Assembly (NCBI RefSeq): GCF_006345805.1
Contig: NC_042997.1
Span: forward strand, 64,480,001-64,544,000
DNA: 64,000 nt
Direction of reading: 5' to 3'
Origin: Octopus sinensis
Taxonomy: Eukaryota
Below are positions 1 through 13,236 of the stretch, one piece after another. The translations under genes were made by a program, and so were the position numbers. The stretch's first letter is position 1; each line of letters begins with the position of its first letter. The notes under the pieces are model-generated. The model saw only the letters and a program-made list of their open reading frames with translations. It searched no databases and was not told the DNA's origin.

Positions 1-786
1 TGAACACTCACACACGCAAACAAAGAAACAAACACACACACATACATATGCGTGTGTTTGCACATGTGTTTGTATGTGTGTGAATTCATGTGTGTCTGTA
101 TGTGTGCAAACAACACCGACAACGTAATTGTCTAGAGAAGCAATACTCGTAAAAAAAATTTATATTCTCATAATTACAATCCTCCCTCATATGAACGTTA
201 GATATAGAGCTAATATCCTGAAATCATAATCATATTTTAGTAAATTGTTGTATGATTTTAATGTCACATAACGTGTCGTTATCACTTTGCACTGACGTCC
301 GGCTGTTTGCCCTCATTTAAAGGTTATGAAACTGTAAGTAAGAAAATACTTATTTTACGAACTAAAGAGAAATATGATACCAAATGGAAGAAGGAGATTA
401 TACTTTTGGTGAGTTATAAATTTCAATAATGCTTGATCACAGTCATTCATAATCATTGGCGTTGTGGTATGTGAGAACCCTTTTGCATTTTATTATGTAG
501 GATTAATGCCTGACTGATGAATTTTAAAATCTTGTGACAAACTCATTCGAATGGAGATCGTAGTCGATGATTTTATTACGATTACCATTATTGAGACATA
601 TGACTTTATTACAAAGTGCTTTCTGTTTAACCATGAAACGTCACTCATGTACCTTAGAGTTGAATTTTGACCTGATAAAATAAATGAGAATTCTCTGGAA
701 GTGAATTAATTATTTAAAATATTGAACATCTGAAAACTGTTAGGCAATACTACGCAGTGTATTTTAAAAGATAGTTTTAAAAGACA

Positions 787-1085
787 ATAATAAAAAATAA
801 TGATAATAATAATAATAATAATAATATATGATAATCATAACGATAATGATGATAATAATAATAATAATAATAATAATAATATAAAATTATAATAATAATA
901 ATAATAATAAGAAGAAGAAGAAGAATAAGAAGAAGACGAATTTGAAGAAGAGAAGAATTTAAGAAGAAGAAGAAGAATAAAAAATAAGAATAAGAATATA
1001 AGAAGAAGAAGTGAAGAAGAAGAAGAAGAAGAAGAAGAAGAATAAGAAGGAAGAAGAAGAAGACAGAAGAATAGAAGAAGAGGAA
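787..1085. repeat. Compound (AAT)n to (AAG)n microsatellite
   Basis: Directly visible trinucleotide runs; source of the poly-S/F ORF 959-1198. Confidence 0.95.
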
Positions 1086-2092
1086 GTGGAAGAGGCGGAG
1101 GAAATTACAGCTGAAGAAGGAGATATAGAGGAGTAATGAAAAATTTCAGATTGTGATCTAAACTGAACTATAATATAACTGAGTCCCTTCGCATGCACAA
1201 AACCACATGCGTATCATGTACTAAATTATATATGTTGGGAAATATATTCTATAACCTTTCATATCACGCTCTCTGTTCATTTTTTTCTGATGATGGAATG
1301 ATAACAGTTTCTATTTATCTAAAATCGATGTCAGTGGATTAAAGGCGTTGTAAAACATGCACTTTGTACTGCCATGCACGCATAACGATCTTAATCGACG
1401 GCAGCAAATGGAAGTGAGGTCCCTTTCTCTTTGAAATCATATTACACAAAATACGGCATAAGCCATGCACTCTTACTTAATTCGTAAGGAAAAAAATACT
1501 TTCTTTCTATGGCAGAAATTATTCGCACACAAACGTATCAAAATACTTGATCCCGAGACAATAGGGGATCGAATAACGAAATGTTTATATGAAAGTAAAA
1601 CGCTCAACAAATACGTGTTGCACGCATATCGAGTAAAGTTCAGCTGCAGGATCTACTTTCACTTATGTCACAAGCTTTGTTAAAGATTGTATATCACATT
1701 AATCAAACTTTTCCTGATCACATTCTGAAAATGATTCCTTTTGAAATTACTTACATTGCACCAAACATCCCAGCAGATCAAAAGTATTCTACGCGTCTCA
1801 AATACATATATATGCTTCATGATTCTCTATACTGAATTCACTACATTTCATATATTCCTTGTAAAGATAATGTTTAGGAGGAGCCAATCGAATACAACTA
1901 TTCAAATAACCATAGAAACTGATAAGAGAAACAAAGGTTTATATCTTGCCATCTGTCCAGTTAAAGTTTCAAATTAAAGATTATTGATGACTGGTAGTCA
2001 AACTTTCTGGCTGGCTATGAGGATTCAAGCTATTCATTCCACAATCACCAAATTTTATCTATCTATCTATCTATCATCGATCTATCTATCTG

Positions 2093-2138
<46 letters not shown>

Positions 2139-2143
<5 letters not shown>

Positions 2144-2345
2144 AATCAAGGAACGGCCATAATAGGCCATTCACCACTAGAAATAACAGCCAAAAGCTTT
2201 TGGCTGTTATTTCTAGTGGGTGAATGGCCTATTATGGCCGTTCCTTGATGGTGATGTTGAACTTAAAAATGGTATATGACTATTAATTTTCCCACTAGGC
2301 CGCTGGTGGCAAAAAAATTCTACAAAATTTTTTGCCACCCTATAT
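2139..2345. mobile_element. Fold-back (palindromic) element between (TA)n tracts
   Basis: 2139-2256 is a near-perfect ~118 bp palindrome centred on AAAAGCTTTT. The right arm continues to ~2345 with a second hairpin (GGTGGCAAAAAAATT...AATTTTTTGCCACC). (TA)n lies on both sides. Confidence 0.6.
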
Positions 2346-2348
2346 TGA

Positions 2349-2379
<31 letters not shown>

Positions 2380-2430
2380 ATCTTTCTCTCTCTCTCTCTA
2401 TATATATATAATATTATATATATATATATT

Positions 2431-2900
2431 ATAATACAGAATGGGAAAAGAACGCAAAAGATCTGGATAATTAGGTGATACAAAAATGGGACAACAAAAC
2501 ATCCAGAAAAACGATACAAAGAAAACACGGACGGGTCATTCGAAGTTTTCTTTCCTCAATCAAGTACCAGATTATCGTCGCAATTTCGGCTGATTTTACT
2601 TGAGATTGCTCCAATCTGGCCAGCCCCAAGGAAAAAACTAAGCTAAGAGCATTAGATTCCTTGGGGGAAAGCTGCGAATGTATACAAAAACAAGGACGGA
2701 AAAAACGGGCAATGCTACACAAATAAAATAAAATGATAATAGGACATAATAACAGGTGTCTTTCGACTAAGGACGAATTAATTTCAGCTAGCGTGTGTGG
2801 AAATGAAGCCTTACGGCCGGGACAGACAGTTTCACGAACACAGGGAGGAATGTCGATCTTGCACGGACAACGGCAAAAGCAAGAAAGAAAGGACATGCTT
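2431..2900 (-). mobile_element. Putative TA-abutting dispersed element with a degenerate CUGA...GAAA frame
   Basis: GC-richer block ending at (TA)n. Minus strand 2787-2761 reads CTGAAATTAA-TTCGTCC-TTAGTC-GAAA. No second copy in the window. Confidence 0.3.
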
Positions 2901-4265
2901 GGCCGAACGCCGGTAATTTGGGAAGAGAAAAGAGAGAAGTAGAAGCAGAGGGACAGAAGAATTAGGGAGGGGCGAGAAAATATGACAGGGACACAGTGAA
3001 GTGAAAAGTGGAGGGAGAGTGAGCAAGAAGAGAAGGCATAGAAATGTGAGAGAAAGGGAACGAAAGAACGAAGAGTGGAATGAAGGAATAAGCGTGAGAG
3101 GGCTGATCTATTGGTATAAAAAATTACGGATTAAGAAAACACATTTTAATTGTTAAATTCACCTTACAAAGCCGACAGTCGTTTCTGTTGCATTAACACA
3201 TTGAGATACAGACAATATCATTCAAAATGGTATACCTGAAAATACATGTTATCTCAACGATTTTGAGGCGATCCACAATTTGCTCAATCGAAAGTAAAGA
3301 AAGAAAAAATTTGAGTACAAAAAGAACGTTAAGAAATCTGATCTAAAACGCTGTTTGCAGCAACTCTTGGTGACGTCAGTGTATAACGAAAGAATAAAAA
3401 AAGTAACCAATGAAATACTACGTCAATACAATTACTTATCTAGCTATATATTTCTGGTAGCAAAAGGTTACCTAAAACACAATATACTGCTTGCTATTAC
3501 AAAGTTGCATATTTTATGATGCGGAATAGCCACAATTACAGAATGTTAGAACACACGACACTAAAGGAAACAATGACAAAATAATGACAATCGAGTTTAT
3601 ATTTATCACAGATTTATACTGGGAAGTCATACAGCTATAGAAAAACGTCATTAAAAATATTAATTCAAACTATTTGAAAACACAACACACAGTCAACACA
3701 GACATATGCACCTGATCATATATGTATGTTTGTGTGCGTGTACGCACGTCTGTGTGTGTGTATGTGTGTGTGTGTCTGTGTGTAAGCTTTAAATGCGTTT
3801 TTAAAGCCAAAAATTGCAAGTTATAAAACATTAATTATACATATACTTGGTTAATAGTACTACTACATAGTATTTAAATATGTAAATACTTCATGACTAG
3901 GGAACCTTCTTAAGGAAATCTACTAAGAAAACGTGTTGATAGCTGGGCCGGCAGCAGTGATCAGCATGATTTCCTCTCACCTTTCTTGAAATAGTTCCCA
4001 CGGTATATTTGCACACTTTATTCAGATTATTTTCTCTATCTCAAAATTTCTTTGCTCTGACATTATATCATTAACCGTATTATCTACAGGCAATATTTTC
4101 TGTATATTGATACCACTTCTGCGCAGGTGTCCTGAAATATTGAAATACCAGGAAATGATATCAACCATTGGCATGTACTATTGATTCTTCAGAACTTTCA
4201 TTGTTTTAGATGTAAAAGGTATTTCAACCACACACATACATTCACCCACAAGACACACACCCACG

Positions 4266-4377
<112 letters not shown>

Positions 4378-4600
4378 CCAGCGTATATTGAATATACAGT
4401 CCATAATATACTTCGGAACAAGTGAGAGACAGATACCGAGAGAAGTGAAACATGAATAAATAAATAACAAACGATGGATAGGTGTCAGTTCGTTATATTT
4501 CCAAAGAAATTTTTAATTGATTAATAAGTACATTGCATTATTATAAAAATACACTTTCTTCAGATGAATGTACAATATACGAATTATACAATTAATGAAA

Positions 4601-4700
4601 CTTAATTCCTCGGCATTTGCATGTTTAGTGATTCCACATTAATAAATTATACATTAATAAACCTTAATTCTTCGGTATTTGCATGTTTAGTGATTCCACA
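4601..4700. repeat. 38-bp direct duplication, period 62
   Basis: CTTAATTCYTCGGYATTTGCATGTTTAGTGATTCCACA at 4601-4638 and 4663-4700 with 2 mismatches. Confidence 0.9.
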
Positions 4701-5164
4701 ATCGACGCTGGTCGCAAAATGAGTTTGTAAAGTCAAGACAAAACAAGGACAGGTGGTTTTGTATGAGAGATCTACAATATATATTGGAAGGGTATATTTA
4801 AGATTTATAGTCTTGAAGAGGTTAGTCGACATGGATAGAGAGGAAAGGGAAAACAGACAGCCGAACGTCTCCTCTCCATAATTAAGATAGAGGCAGTTGC
4901 TTTTATCTGAGGGATTTTCTTTAATGTCCTTAATTGTATAATCCGTATATTCCTCTGAAGAAAACGGTTTTTCATAATGATAATTATTTATTTATAATTC
5001 ACTTCTCTTGGGACCTGCCCCACGTGTGTTCCGAAGTATATTGTGAAGAAGAAGAAGAAGAAGAAGAAGAAGGAGAAGGAGAAGAAGAAGAAGAAGAAGA
5101 AGAAGAAGAAGAAGAAAGAAGAAGAAAGAAGAAGAAGAAAATATTCCTTTCTACTCTAGGCTCA

Positions 5165-5330
5165 TGGGGGAGGGGGCAGTCGATTAGATCGACCCCAGTC
5201 GATTTATCGACCTCGAAAATATGAAAGGCAAAGTCGACCTCGGCGGAACTTGAACACAGAACGTAAAGACTGACGAAATACCCCTAAGCATTTTTCCCGT
5301 TGTGCTACCGTTTCTGCCAACTAGCTGCCT
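5165..5330 (-). mobile_element. tRNA-derived SINE, diverged copy of the 41.0-kb family
   Basis: Reverse complement aligns to GGCAGAAACG...GTTCAAATTCCGCCGAGGTCGACTTTGCCTTTCAT...GTCGATAAAT...GGGGTCGAT at 40997-41170. Confidence 0.8.
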
Positions 5331-6749
5331 TAAGAAGAAATCAATATTAAGTTAATGACCTAATTTGATTTTTGTTATAGCATCCACTGTTCAGATAATT
5401 ACGGGTGTATTAAGTTTATTTTTTCAGGATAGTTGGAATGTTTCCGTTCAAATGATGTATATACATATGGTATGTGTAAGAGTTTAAGTCATAATGTACT
5501 TTCATAAAAGCAGTAAATTGTACAGCACTATAAAACCAACACAAATAAATGAATGGATATATAACAGTGGAATAAAAGACGACGAAGATGAAAACAATTA
5601 TCAATTCTTTCACAGAACAGATAAGGTTAATGAATTTAATCGAAAAGAACATGGATATATATAACTGAATAAGAGAGCTGGAGAGATGCACACAGTTACA
5701 TAAAACAATGTTTTTGGTAATGTAAAATTTTGAAAATTGTGTGTGGCTGTGACTTCCTGTGTAAATCTTCAATATGTCATTTGGAATAGGTACAGACAGT
5801 AGATCTGTTAGGATAACGCTCAATCCATGGGATTTTTCCTTTTCCCTTGCTTCTTAATGCATTATTTGCACGAATGCAAATATTAGCGATTAGCATCAGC
5901 ACATTGAAAAGAAATTAATAAAACATAACTAAGACAATGATGCGCTTAATTAACAAGCTAAACTCGTTGAGCTCATATAATGTATATAGACTTTGCCGCA
6001 AAACATAATTGTACATGTATATGTATAAATCTCTCTGTCTTTCTCTCTCTCTCTCTACGAATAGTTTGAGAAAGCCATCTGCATATCTCAAATTGAGGAA
6101 GTGTCACCTATTTCTATATCCTTTCAGTATATTTCATAACTTCAAATGGCAGTAAAACTCTAAATTAGTTTCGTGACATATCAGTAATGATGTAACGGTC
6201 ATTAAGCAACAAATTGAATGGAAATTGTTGATATATGTTATGTTTCAGGTTAGAGTGCTCGATTAGACTGCCCATCAGCAAATGATTAATTAATTTAGAT
6301 TAACGTAGCATCTTAAAAATGTGTGGATGCAAATAGTTTTAAAATACTGATGCCTACAACTAACCATGCTTCAAGTGAAATTTTCATCGACTTGTTATAA
6401 CACTCAGGCTGGCTTGTTTATAACAGTTGTCTTTCGAAATTTTCGATTATATGATAAATATGAGTAATTTCAGATTATTAAGTCTTATAGATTATCTTTC
6501 TCTTCACTAACACTTGCAGTATTCTTACATTTGACTATACAAAACACAGAATGAAATTCAGACTGTATGAGCTTGTAACTATTACTGATAATTTTAGTAT
6601 AACATCAATAGTAGTGGTCAACCTAAACCAAGATATAGATATAATTATGCCAATGAATTTAATATTTCTAGAAGGCATTCAGCTAATATATGTAAACACT
6701 TCATGATTTCAATGCCTTTCTATCACGAGGAGTGTATATATATATATGT

Positions 6750-6793
<44 letters not shown>

Positions 6794-9700
6794 ATATATA
6801 TATATTATATATTTGTCCGTTTGGGTATGTGTCCTTTCACACAAGGGGATTATTGGAGAAAAGGTAGCACGCCGGACAAATGTCAAAATATTAAGCTGCA
6901 TTTCGTCTATATTAACGTTCTCACTCCAAATTCCGCTGACGTTGCTTTTATCTTTTTCGGATCCTTGAAACAATGTGCCTCTTATAAAAATGACGATTAT
7001 TGTTATAACCCTGTAACATATTCTATATCAAGACCCAACTACTGTAAAATATTATTTAATATGTAATAAAAAATACCATGTGATACACCATGATATATAA
7101 ATTAGGTTGGGAATATCTTAATTAGGAACTGAATTTGCTGCTTATGCCAAACGTCTTAAATGTAATACTTGCATACGGTACTGTAACACGTTTCTCCATA
7201 AAGTCAAGCATTCCCCATTATGTTTTTTTCGTATTCTACTTAATCGAAACAAATATATAATTAGCAACTATACGATTCACTTACTCTGTTCCCAAACTTC
7301 AGGTATTGACAACCGATCAACTTAGAAAAGCATTCATTAGAAAATACTATCATAATGTATTTAAAAATACAATTTTCATTACATTACATATTAAAAATAC
7401 AAGCTTCTCTTACTCCATTCGCCACTGTCAAAGTCTATGTATATCACTGTAGCTCGCTAGTAACGATGCTAGTTGGACTACTAACTTTTTGAGTTCGAAT
7501 AATTCTGATCAATTTATTTTAAATCCCTCCCAATATTTATATCTCTTGCTGGCTCTGTCATCTTTCATTCAATACATAATTTTCGCTACCTACATTTCAA
7601 TTTTGCTCTCCGATTTCATGGCTACGGCTGCAAGTTTGTGTGTGTGAACGTGTGAGTCTAGTTGTGCGATCTCCTGTCAGTTGGTCGATATATTTATTGA
7701 AACTTCACCGCACTGTTTCTCCTCTTTTTTCCGATTTCCAGGTCCTATCTAGTTTTCACAGATTTTCATTATACTCTCCCTCTCTTTTCTTTCTCTTTAA
7801 CAGTTTCTGCCTCTCTCTTACTCTCTGTCTATATTATATACATGCGTGTTTCTCTGTGTGAATGTGTTGATGCGTGTATATTTGTATGTGTGCATGCGCG
7901 CGTGTAAATATTATTCTCAATTTATTCAGAACCTTTCTTCTTAGTCTTTCTTTTTTTCTTATTTTCGTGTTTTTGAGTAAGATCTTTCCAACGGAAATTA
8001 GTAATCTGATACATCTCTTTAAAATGTTTTATTCCATTTATTTGCCTTCTTTATTCACTCCTTCACAATTTGCTAACATTTTTCAATTATTTTTTCTTTT
8101 CTCCTCTCTACAAGCATTGTCCCAACAAATATTCCAAAGATCTCCCGAACTTAGCAGTCACCTGATATTAGCAAAGAAAAAAAACGGAAATGATATATTA
8201 ACAATGAAATCTTATTTATTTTGGACGCCAGAATATTCATATTTATTTCTTAAATTTTAATGTATTTACTTCCATGGTTTTAACAGTAAGCTTAAACCGC
8301 TCAAAAATATCCTCCAATCCATGATTTATAATGCAGAAAAAATTGTAAATCACTGAACATAAAAGTAAACAGTATATACAAATGATAAATGAATAAATAA
8401 TATATTACCCAATGATTATTATGCTCTGAGGTAGTATTATACAACACAAACTGTGAATTTTAAATTGCAACGGTATCAAATCAAAATTCTTCATACGAAT
8501 CCGTCGCTTTAAGCATGATTGCATGTAAATTATAAGAAGGAAAAGAAAGAGTAAAAGAAACAGCGGGAAAGAATTATAATGTCGGCCACCAACTGTGACA
8601 ATAGCTGGCAATCATAACACCGCTACATGAGGGCTTACATGCTGTACTAAACTTCAGTGGAAAGCACGATTTGCATATCTAAAAATAATAGCATTGTTAT
8701 ACTGAAGTGAGCGGTCAGCTTGAGGCGTAAACACATTAATTTAACGTATCAATATTGTGCGCCAGTTCCCATCGTTACTTTATCTTGCGTTGGCAGTGGT
8801 ATTGCATTTCATAGTGCATTACATTACGTTATGCAACATTTCCATAAGAATACAAAACACATAAGCAACGTGGAGGAAGCCAAAAACACACGCAAAGCTT
8901 GAAAATATGCTGAAACATCTTTCTTATTGAAGATATAATTCAGACTTTACGAGAGAGTGGAAGACAAGCGACAAGTTAAAATTGCTAAGCGATATATCAC
9001 AATTTTATGAGTTATGAGCAATGCTCTGCGAAGCAGTGGTCACTGTTGAGTAACTAGAAGTGAACCGCAACCAATTACTTAGCAAATAATCTCAATGGTC
9101 GTCAGGGTTCACTCGCGACTATACAACAATGGCATTTGCCATATTTGCATATCACTATGCTGTCAACCTTTTTCAGTACGGTAATGTATGTTAGTGTATA
9201 GTAAGGCAAGTGACTATGAAACTGATATAAATATAATATTGTATTTTTTTTGAGATTGTATCAAATCTATAAAAAAAAAAAAAAACTATATTTATTCATT
9301 GGACATTTCGTCACATGAGATATTTATGACAGATCATCGATCGATGACTGCAGTATAAAACAGCGTATAAAACAGGAAATTTGGGTTGGAAATACGGAGA
9401 TAGAGGTTATAAAACATATATAACTAAGATTGGATGAGGTGCATATTGATCATTTCGACTTTAAAGCATCTCCCCCTAATGCATTCGTCTGCATCGCAAT
9501 AATGTATAGTTGTTATCGCACCGGAAATATATTTAGTTGCATTATTCCGACATTAATTTCCTTGGTCAAATGCCGCTGTGGTTGACTTTGCCTCTTATCT
9601 ATGATCGATAAAATAAGTACCGCTTGAATACTGAGATCAATGTAATCGTCTTCTCCTTCCTCTGAAATTGCAGGCCTTGTACTAAGTTTTGTAACCAATA

Positions 9701-9926
9701 ATATATATGTTTACTTTATTAATTGCTACACAAACTCCTTCACAAACTCTGTGATCATATTTATAAACCATGATATATATATTAATCCAGGTATGACGAA
9801 CGCACATATGAATTGTGCATTCTTGCACTATTATAGTTATATAATGAGTGTGCGTGTTCTGTGTTTGTGTCTGGTGTGTGTGTGTTTGTGTGTGTACGTA
9901 GATATATACAGTTATAGTCAAAACGT

Positions 9927-10305
9927 GGAGGCGCAATGGCCCAGTGGTTAGGGCAGCGGACTCGCGGTCGTAGGATCGCGGTTTCGATTCCCAGCCGGGC
10001 GTTGTGAGTGTTATTGAGCAAAACACCTAAAGCTCCACGAGGCTCAGCAGGGATAGTGGTGATCCCTTCTGTACTCTTTCACCACAACTTTCTCTCACTC
10101 TTACTTCCTGTTTTTGTGGTACTGCATTTCAAAGGGCCGTTCCTTGTCACTCTCTGTGTCACGCTGAATATCCCCGAGAACTACGTTAAGGGTACACGTG
10201 TCTGTGGAGTGCTCAGCCACTTACACGTTAATTTCACGAGCAGGCTGTTCCGTTGATTCGGATCAACCGGAACCCTCGTCGTCGTAACCGACGGAGTGCT
10301 TCCAC
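9927..10305 (+). mobile_element. tRNA-derived SINE with 10-bp target-site duplication
   Basis: A box TGGCCCAGTGG, B box GTTTCGATTCC; TSD TATAGTCAAA at 9913-9922 and 10306-10315. Confidence 0.85.
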
Positions 10306-10372
10306 TATAGTCAAACATATATCATGTATTTCTGTGTGCATATTTATTTCTGTGTGTATATATACATATATG

Positions 10373-10620
10373 TGGAGGCGCGTGGCTTAGTGGTTAGAGT
10401 GTCAGCACTATGATCGTAAGATTGTGGTTTCGATTCCTGGACCGGGTGACGCGTTGTGTTCTTGAGCAAAACACTTCATTTCACGTTGCTCCAGTCCACT
10501 CAGCTGCCAAAAATTAGTAACGCTGCAATGGACTGGCGTCCCATCCAGCTGGGAAGCACATGCGCTATAGAAACCGGAAAACCCGACCCATGGGCCTGAC
10601 TAGGCTTTAAAAGGGCACAT
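10373..10620 (+). mobile_element. tRNA-derived SINE with CORE-like central domain
   Basis: TGGCTTAGTGG and GTTTCGATTCC boxes, then CTTGAGCAAAACACTT...CTCCAGTCCACTCAGCTG and TGGACTGGCGTCCCATCCAG; second copy at 20140-20366 (-). Confidence 0.85.
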
Positions 10621-10717
10621 CTATTTATTATTATATATAGATATATGTGAGTGTGCCTGTGTACATGCGGGCAAACACTCACGCACAAACATATATATAT
10701 ATATATAAATATATATA

Positions 10718-10934
10718 CTTTATTTAAAGCAGCAGAAAATTCAACAAAACATGTTTACTCCGAGTTTCCCGTTGCCGTTCATCGGACAGTTTTGCTAGAA
10801 TCTAGCAAAAACTGTCCGCTGAACGGCAACGGTAAACTCAGAGTAACAGGTGTTTTGAATTTTCTGCTGCTTTAAATAAAGCATATTTCTCTATCACTGG
10901 TATTTTTGGGTACTCTTTTTTCCAACTTGTTTCA
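10718..10934 (+). mobile_element. Fold-back Penelope-like pLTR fragment carrying HHR motif
   Basis: 10718-10799 is the reverse complement of 10801-10881 (1-nt loop). The right arm runs on to 10934, then (TA)n; (TA)n also lies on the left. Confidence 0.75.
10750..10795 (-). ncRNA. Type I hammerhead motif (CCGAUGA core, GCAA-capped stem II, GUA site)
   Basis: Minus strand: CAAAACUGU-CCGAUGA-A CG GCAA CG G-GAAA-CUCGGAG-U-A. The mirror copy 10805-10857 (+) has an intact stem I (CUGU/ACAG) but core changes CCGCUGA and UAAA. Confidence 0.65.
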
Positions 10935-11886
10935 AATTTATGTGTTTACTCCGGTATATATATATATATTATAGATATATATATATATAATAATATATAT
11001 ATATATTATATATATATATATATATATATTATATACATATACATATATATATACATATATATGAGTGAGTTGGTGCGTGTTGTGTGTGTGTCTGGTGTGC
11101 ATGGGCATATGTGTGTCAGTGTATATTTTAATGCAGGCACCCACACCACATATGTAGGCAACAAAAAAGAGAGGATGTCGATGGGGAACGTGGGGTGCAA
11201 TGGAATACAACATCTCTCAACTGGTGTTTCATTTCCATTTTCGTATCAGAGCAAGATTGATGCGTCTTATCTAAATAATTTCTCAAAATTTTCTTTATGA
11301 CATATTTCATAGTTTTGTCCACCATTATTCCATAATTATAGACTGTAGAATCTATTTTATTTTGCAGTCAAATTACCCCTTTCTTCGGTCGTCTTCATTT
11401 CATTATCGTATGTAGTACCCACTTACGTATTACCATCGAAACGATAATGGGCATATTTTGTTCAACCATAATCTTTCCATCCTGGTCGATAAAATGCAAA
11501 CCTTTGTTTTGGCTATTGTGACGGATCTTCATTTTCTGAACCAGCTCGTGAATATAAATATTTCCTTCACTGAAAATATTGTAATCATAAATGCACACAC
11601 ACATCCACGCACAAACACACACACCAACGCATACACAAATACAAATGAATATATTCGTGTACCTATAGTTATATGCTAGCTACATATATATATTATAATA
11701 TATATATATATATGTATGTATATATATTATATACACACATATATACATGGTGTGTGTATATATGCATATCTATATATAGTATATATATAATATAATATAT
11801 ATATAATATATATATATATATTATGAACACTCCACAAAAACCCCCATCTCCAAAAATTTGAAGCGGATATGATTAATCTATATATA

Positions 11887-12142
11887 TAATATGCTTGGCT
11901 TATTAGAAATTTATGAAACTATAGAAAATATTATAGATATTACTAAAGTGACATAGGGCACCATGTAATACCACCATGCTAGAGATAAGAATCTAAAGAA
12001 CTTAATTAACCACAGAAGCGCTATTTCAATGACTGGCAAGGGAGACAGATCATCGGTGGTTTCGAATTTGTATGGAAAAGCATCTTAATCATCATCGATG
12101 GTACTTACCGCGCCTAAGATTCAACGCAATTCACCATGTCAG
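11887..12142 (-). mobile_element. MITE family 1, inverted truncated copy
   Basis: Aligns to the reverse complement of 12201-12525 (e.g. CCACAGAAGC, ACCGCG(T/C)CTAAGATT). Confidence 0.7.
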
Positions 12143-12200
12143 ATTTTAAGAAATCCGATGAACTCATGCTGATTTCATAAACGGTAAAACTTACATCATA

Positions 12201-12525
12201 TAATATGGGTGGCTTATTATCAATTTAACAAGCTAAAGGCAAAGTTATAGACGTCACTAAAGTGACAAGGTGAGTTGGATTTAATCTTAGACGCGGTAAA
12301 AACCACCGATAAGAATTAAGACGTTCTAGCATCAACTTCGAAATCTTCATGTCCACTAGGGAGCCTGTCTCTCTTGTCAATGATGAAGATAGTGCTTCTG
12401 TGGCTATTGAGTTGTTTTGGCTCTTATTTCTACAATGCTGGCGCTATTTAATATCTTCTGTCACTTTAATGACGTTTATAATTATGCCTTTAGTTTCTTC
12501 AATTGCTAAGAACCCACCCATATTA
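12201..12525. mobile_element. MITE family 1 with ~65-bp imperfect TIRs and TA flanks (Tc1/mariner-type)
   Basis: Ends TAATATGGGTGG / CCACCCATATTA are a perfect 12-bp inverted repeat; the TIR extends imperfectly to AAAGTGACA / TGTCACTTT. Confidence 0.75.
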
Positions 12526-12595
12526 ATTGCAGATTTTCACTTTTAACGTTTTTTTTTTTTAAATCAAGGTATGAGATCAATGAATTTCTTATAAA

Positions 12596-12770
12596 CTGAC
12601 AAGGTCAGTTGGGTTTACTCCTAGGAGTGGTAAGAGCCACCGATGAGAATTAAGCTGCTCTAGCATCAAAAGTCGATATCACCAGTGATCTCGTATGTCC
12701 GTTACGGAACTAGTCTCCCTGGTCAGTCATTAAAATAGTGGTTCTGTGGCTATTAAATTGTTTTCACTCT
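12596..12770 (+). mobile_element. MITE family 1, internal fragment
   Basis: CCACCGATGAGAATTAAG...CTAGCATCAA...TTCTGTGGCTATT matches the interior of 12201-12525. Confidence 0.65.
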
Positions 12771-12775
12771 TAAAA

Positions 12776-13236
12776 CACTAAGAAGAATTTGTTCTCAAGA
12801 AAATTCTGCAAAACGCCAGAACGCAAGCGAGCAAGACAATTCAAAAATTTAAAAATATAAACAATAGACACATACCAGATTTCATTGTTACCATTTACAT
12901 GCAAGACAATTCAAAAATACGAGCAAGACAATTCAAAAATTTAAAAATATAAACAATAGACACATACCAGATTTCATTGTTACCATTTACATATTTACAA
13001 TCGTAAATGTCTGCAATTCATCAATGCGACCGTCATAGAAAATACAGTTTGCGGATTATATTTTCAATGATTATCGCACTGATGAATTGTGGACCATGTA
13101 TTTATATAAATATATAAAGGGTAACATCGAAACCTGGTATGTGACTAATGATTATATTTCGTATCTTTTTAATTGACTTTCTCGCTTACGTTCTGGCGTT
13201 TTGCCGAATTTTCTTGAGAACAATTTCTTCTTAGTG
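12776..13236. mobile_element. MITE family 2 with ~70-bp TIRs and CACTA...TAGTG termini
   Basis: CACTAAGAAGAATTTGTTCTCAAGAAAATTCTGCAAAACGCCAGAACG at 12776 mirrored at 13165-13236; internal ~70-bp direct duplication; no matching TSD seen. Confidence 0.75.

Noticed and set aside
2471-2896. 141-aa minus-strand ORF
   Set aside because: No recognisable domain; lies in a probable repeat
5416-5823. 135-aa hydrophobic ORF resembling GPCR TM2-TM4 (VILTDLL...)
   Set aside because: Non-ATG start, in-frame stop 12 codons upstream, no DRY/ERF motif or further helices; AT-rich DNA readily gives such ORFs
9927-10000. tRNA-like sequences at SINE heads (also 10373, 27539, 40997, 52254)
   Set aside because: No complete cloverleaf or acceptor stem; they continue into SINE bodies
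12015-12060. CCGAUGA...GAAA on the minus strand inside MITE family 1
   Set aside because: Stem II does not close, the cleavage position would be G, and the other two copies lack the motif
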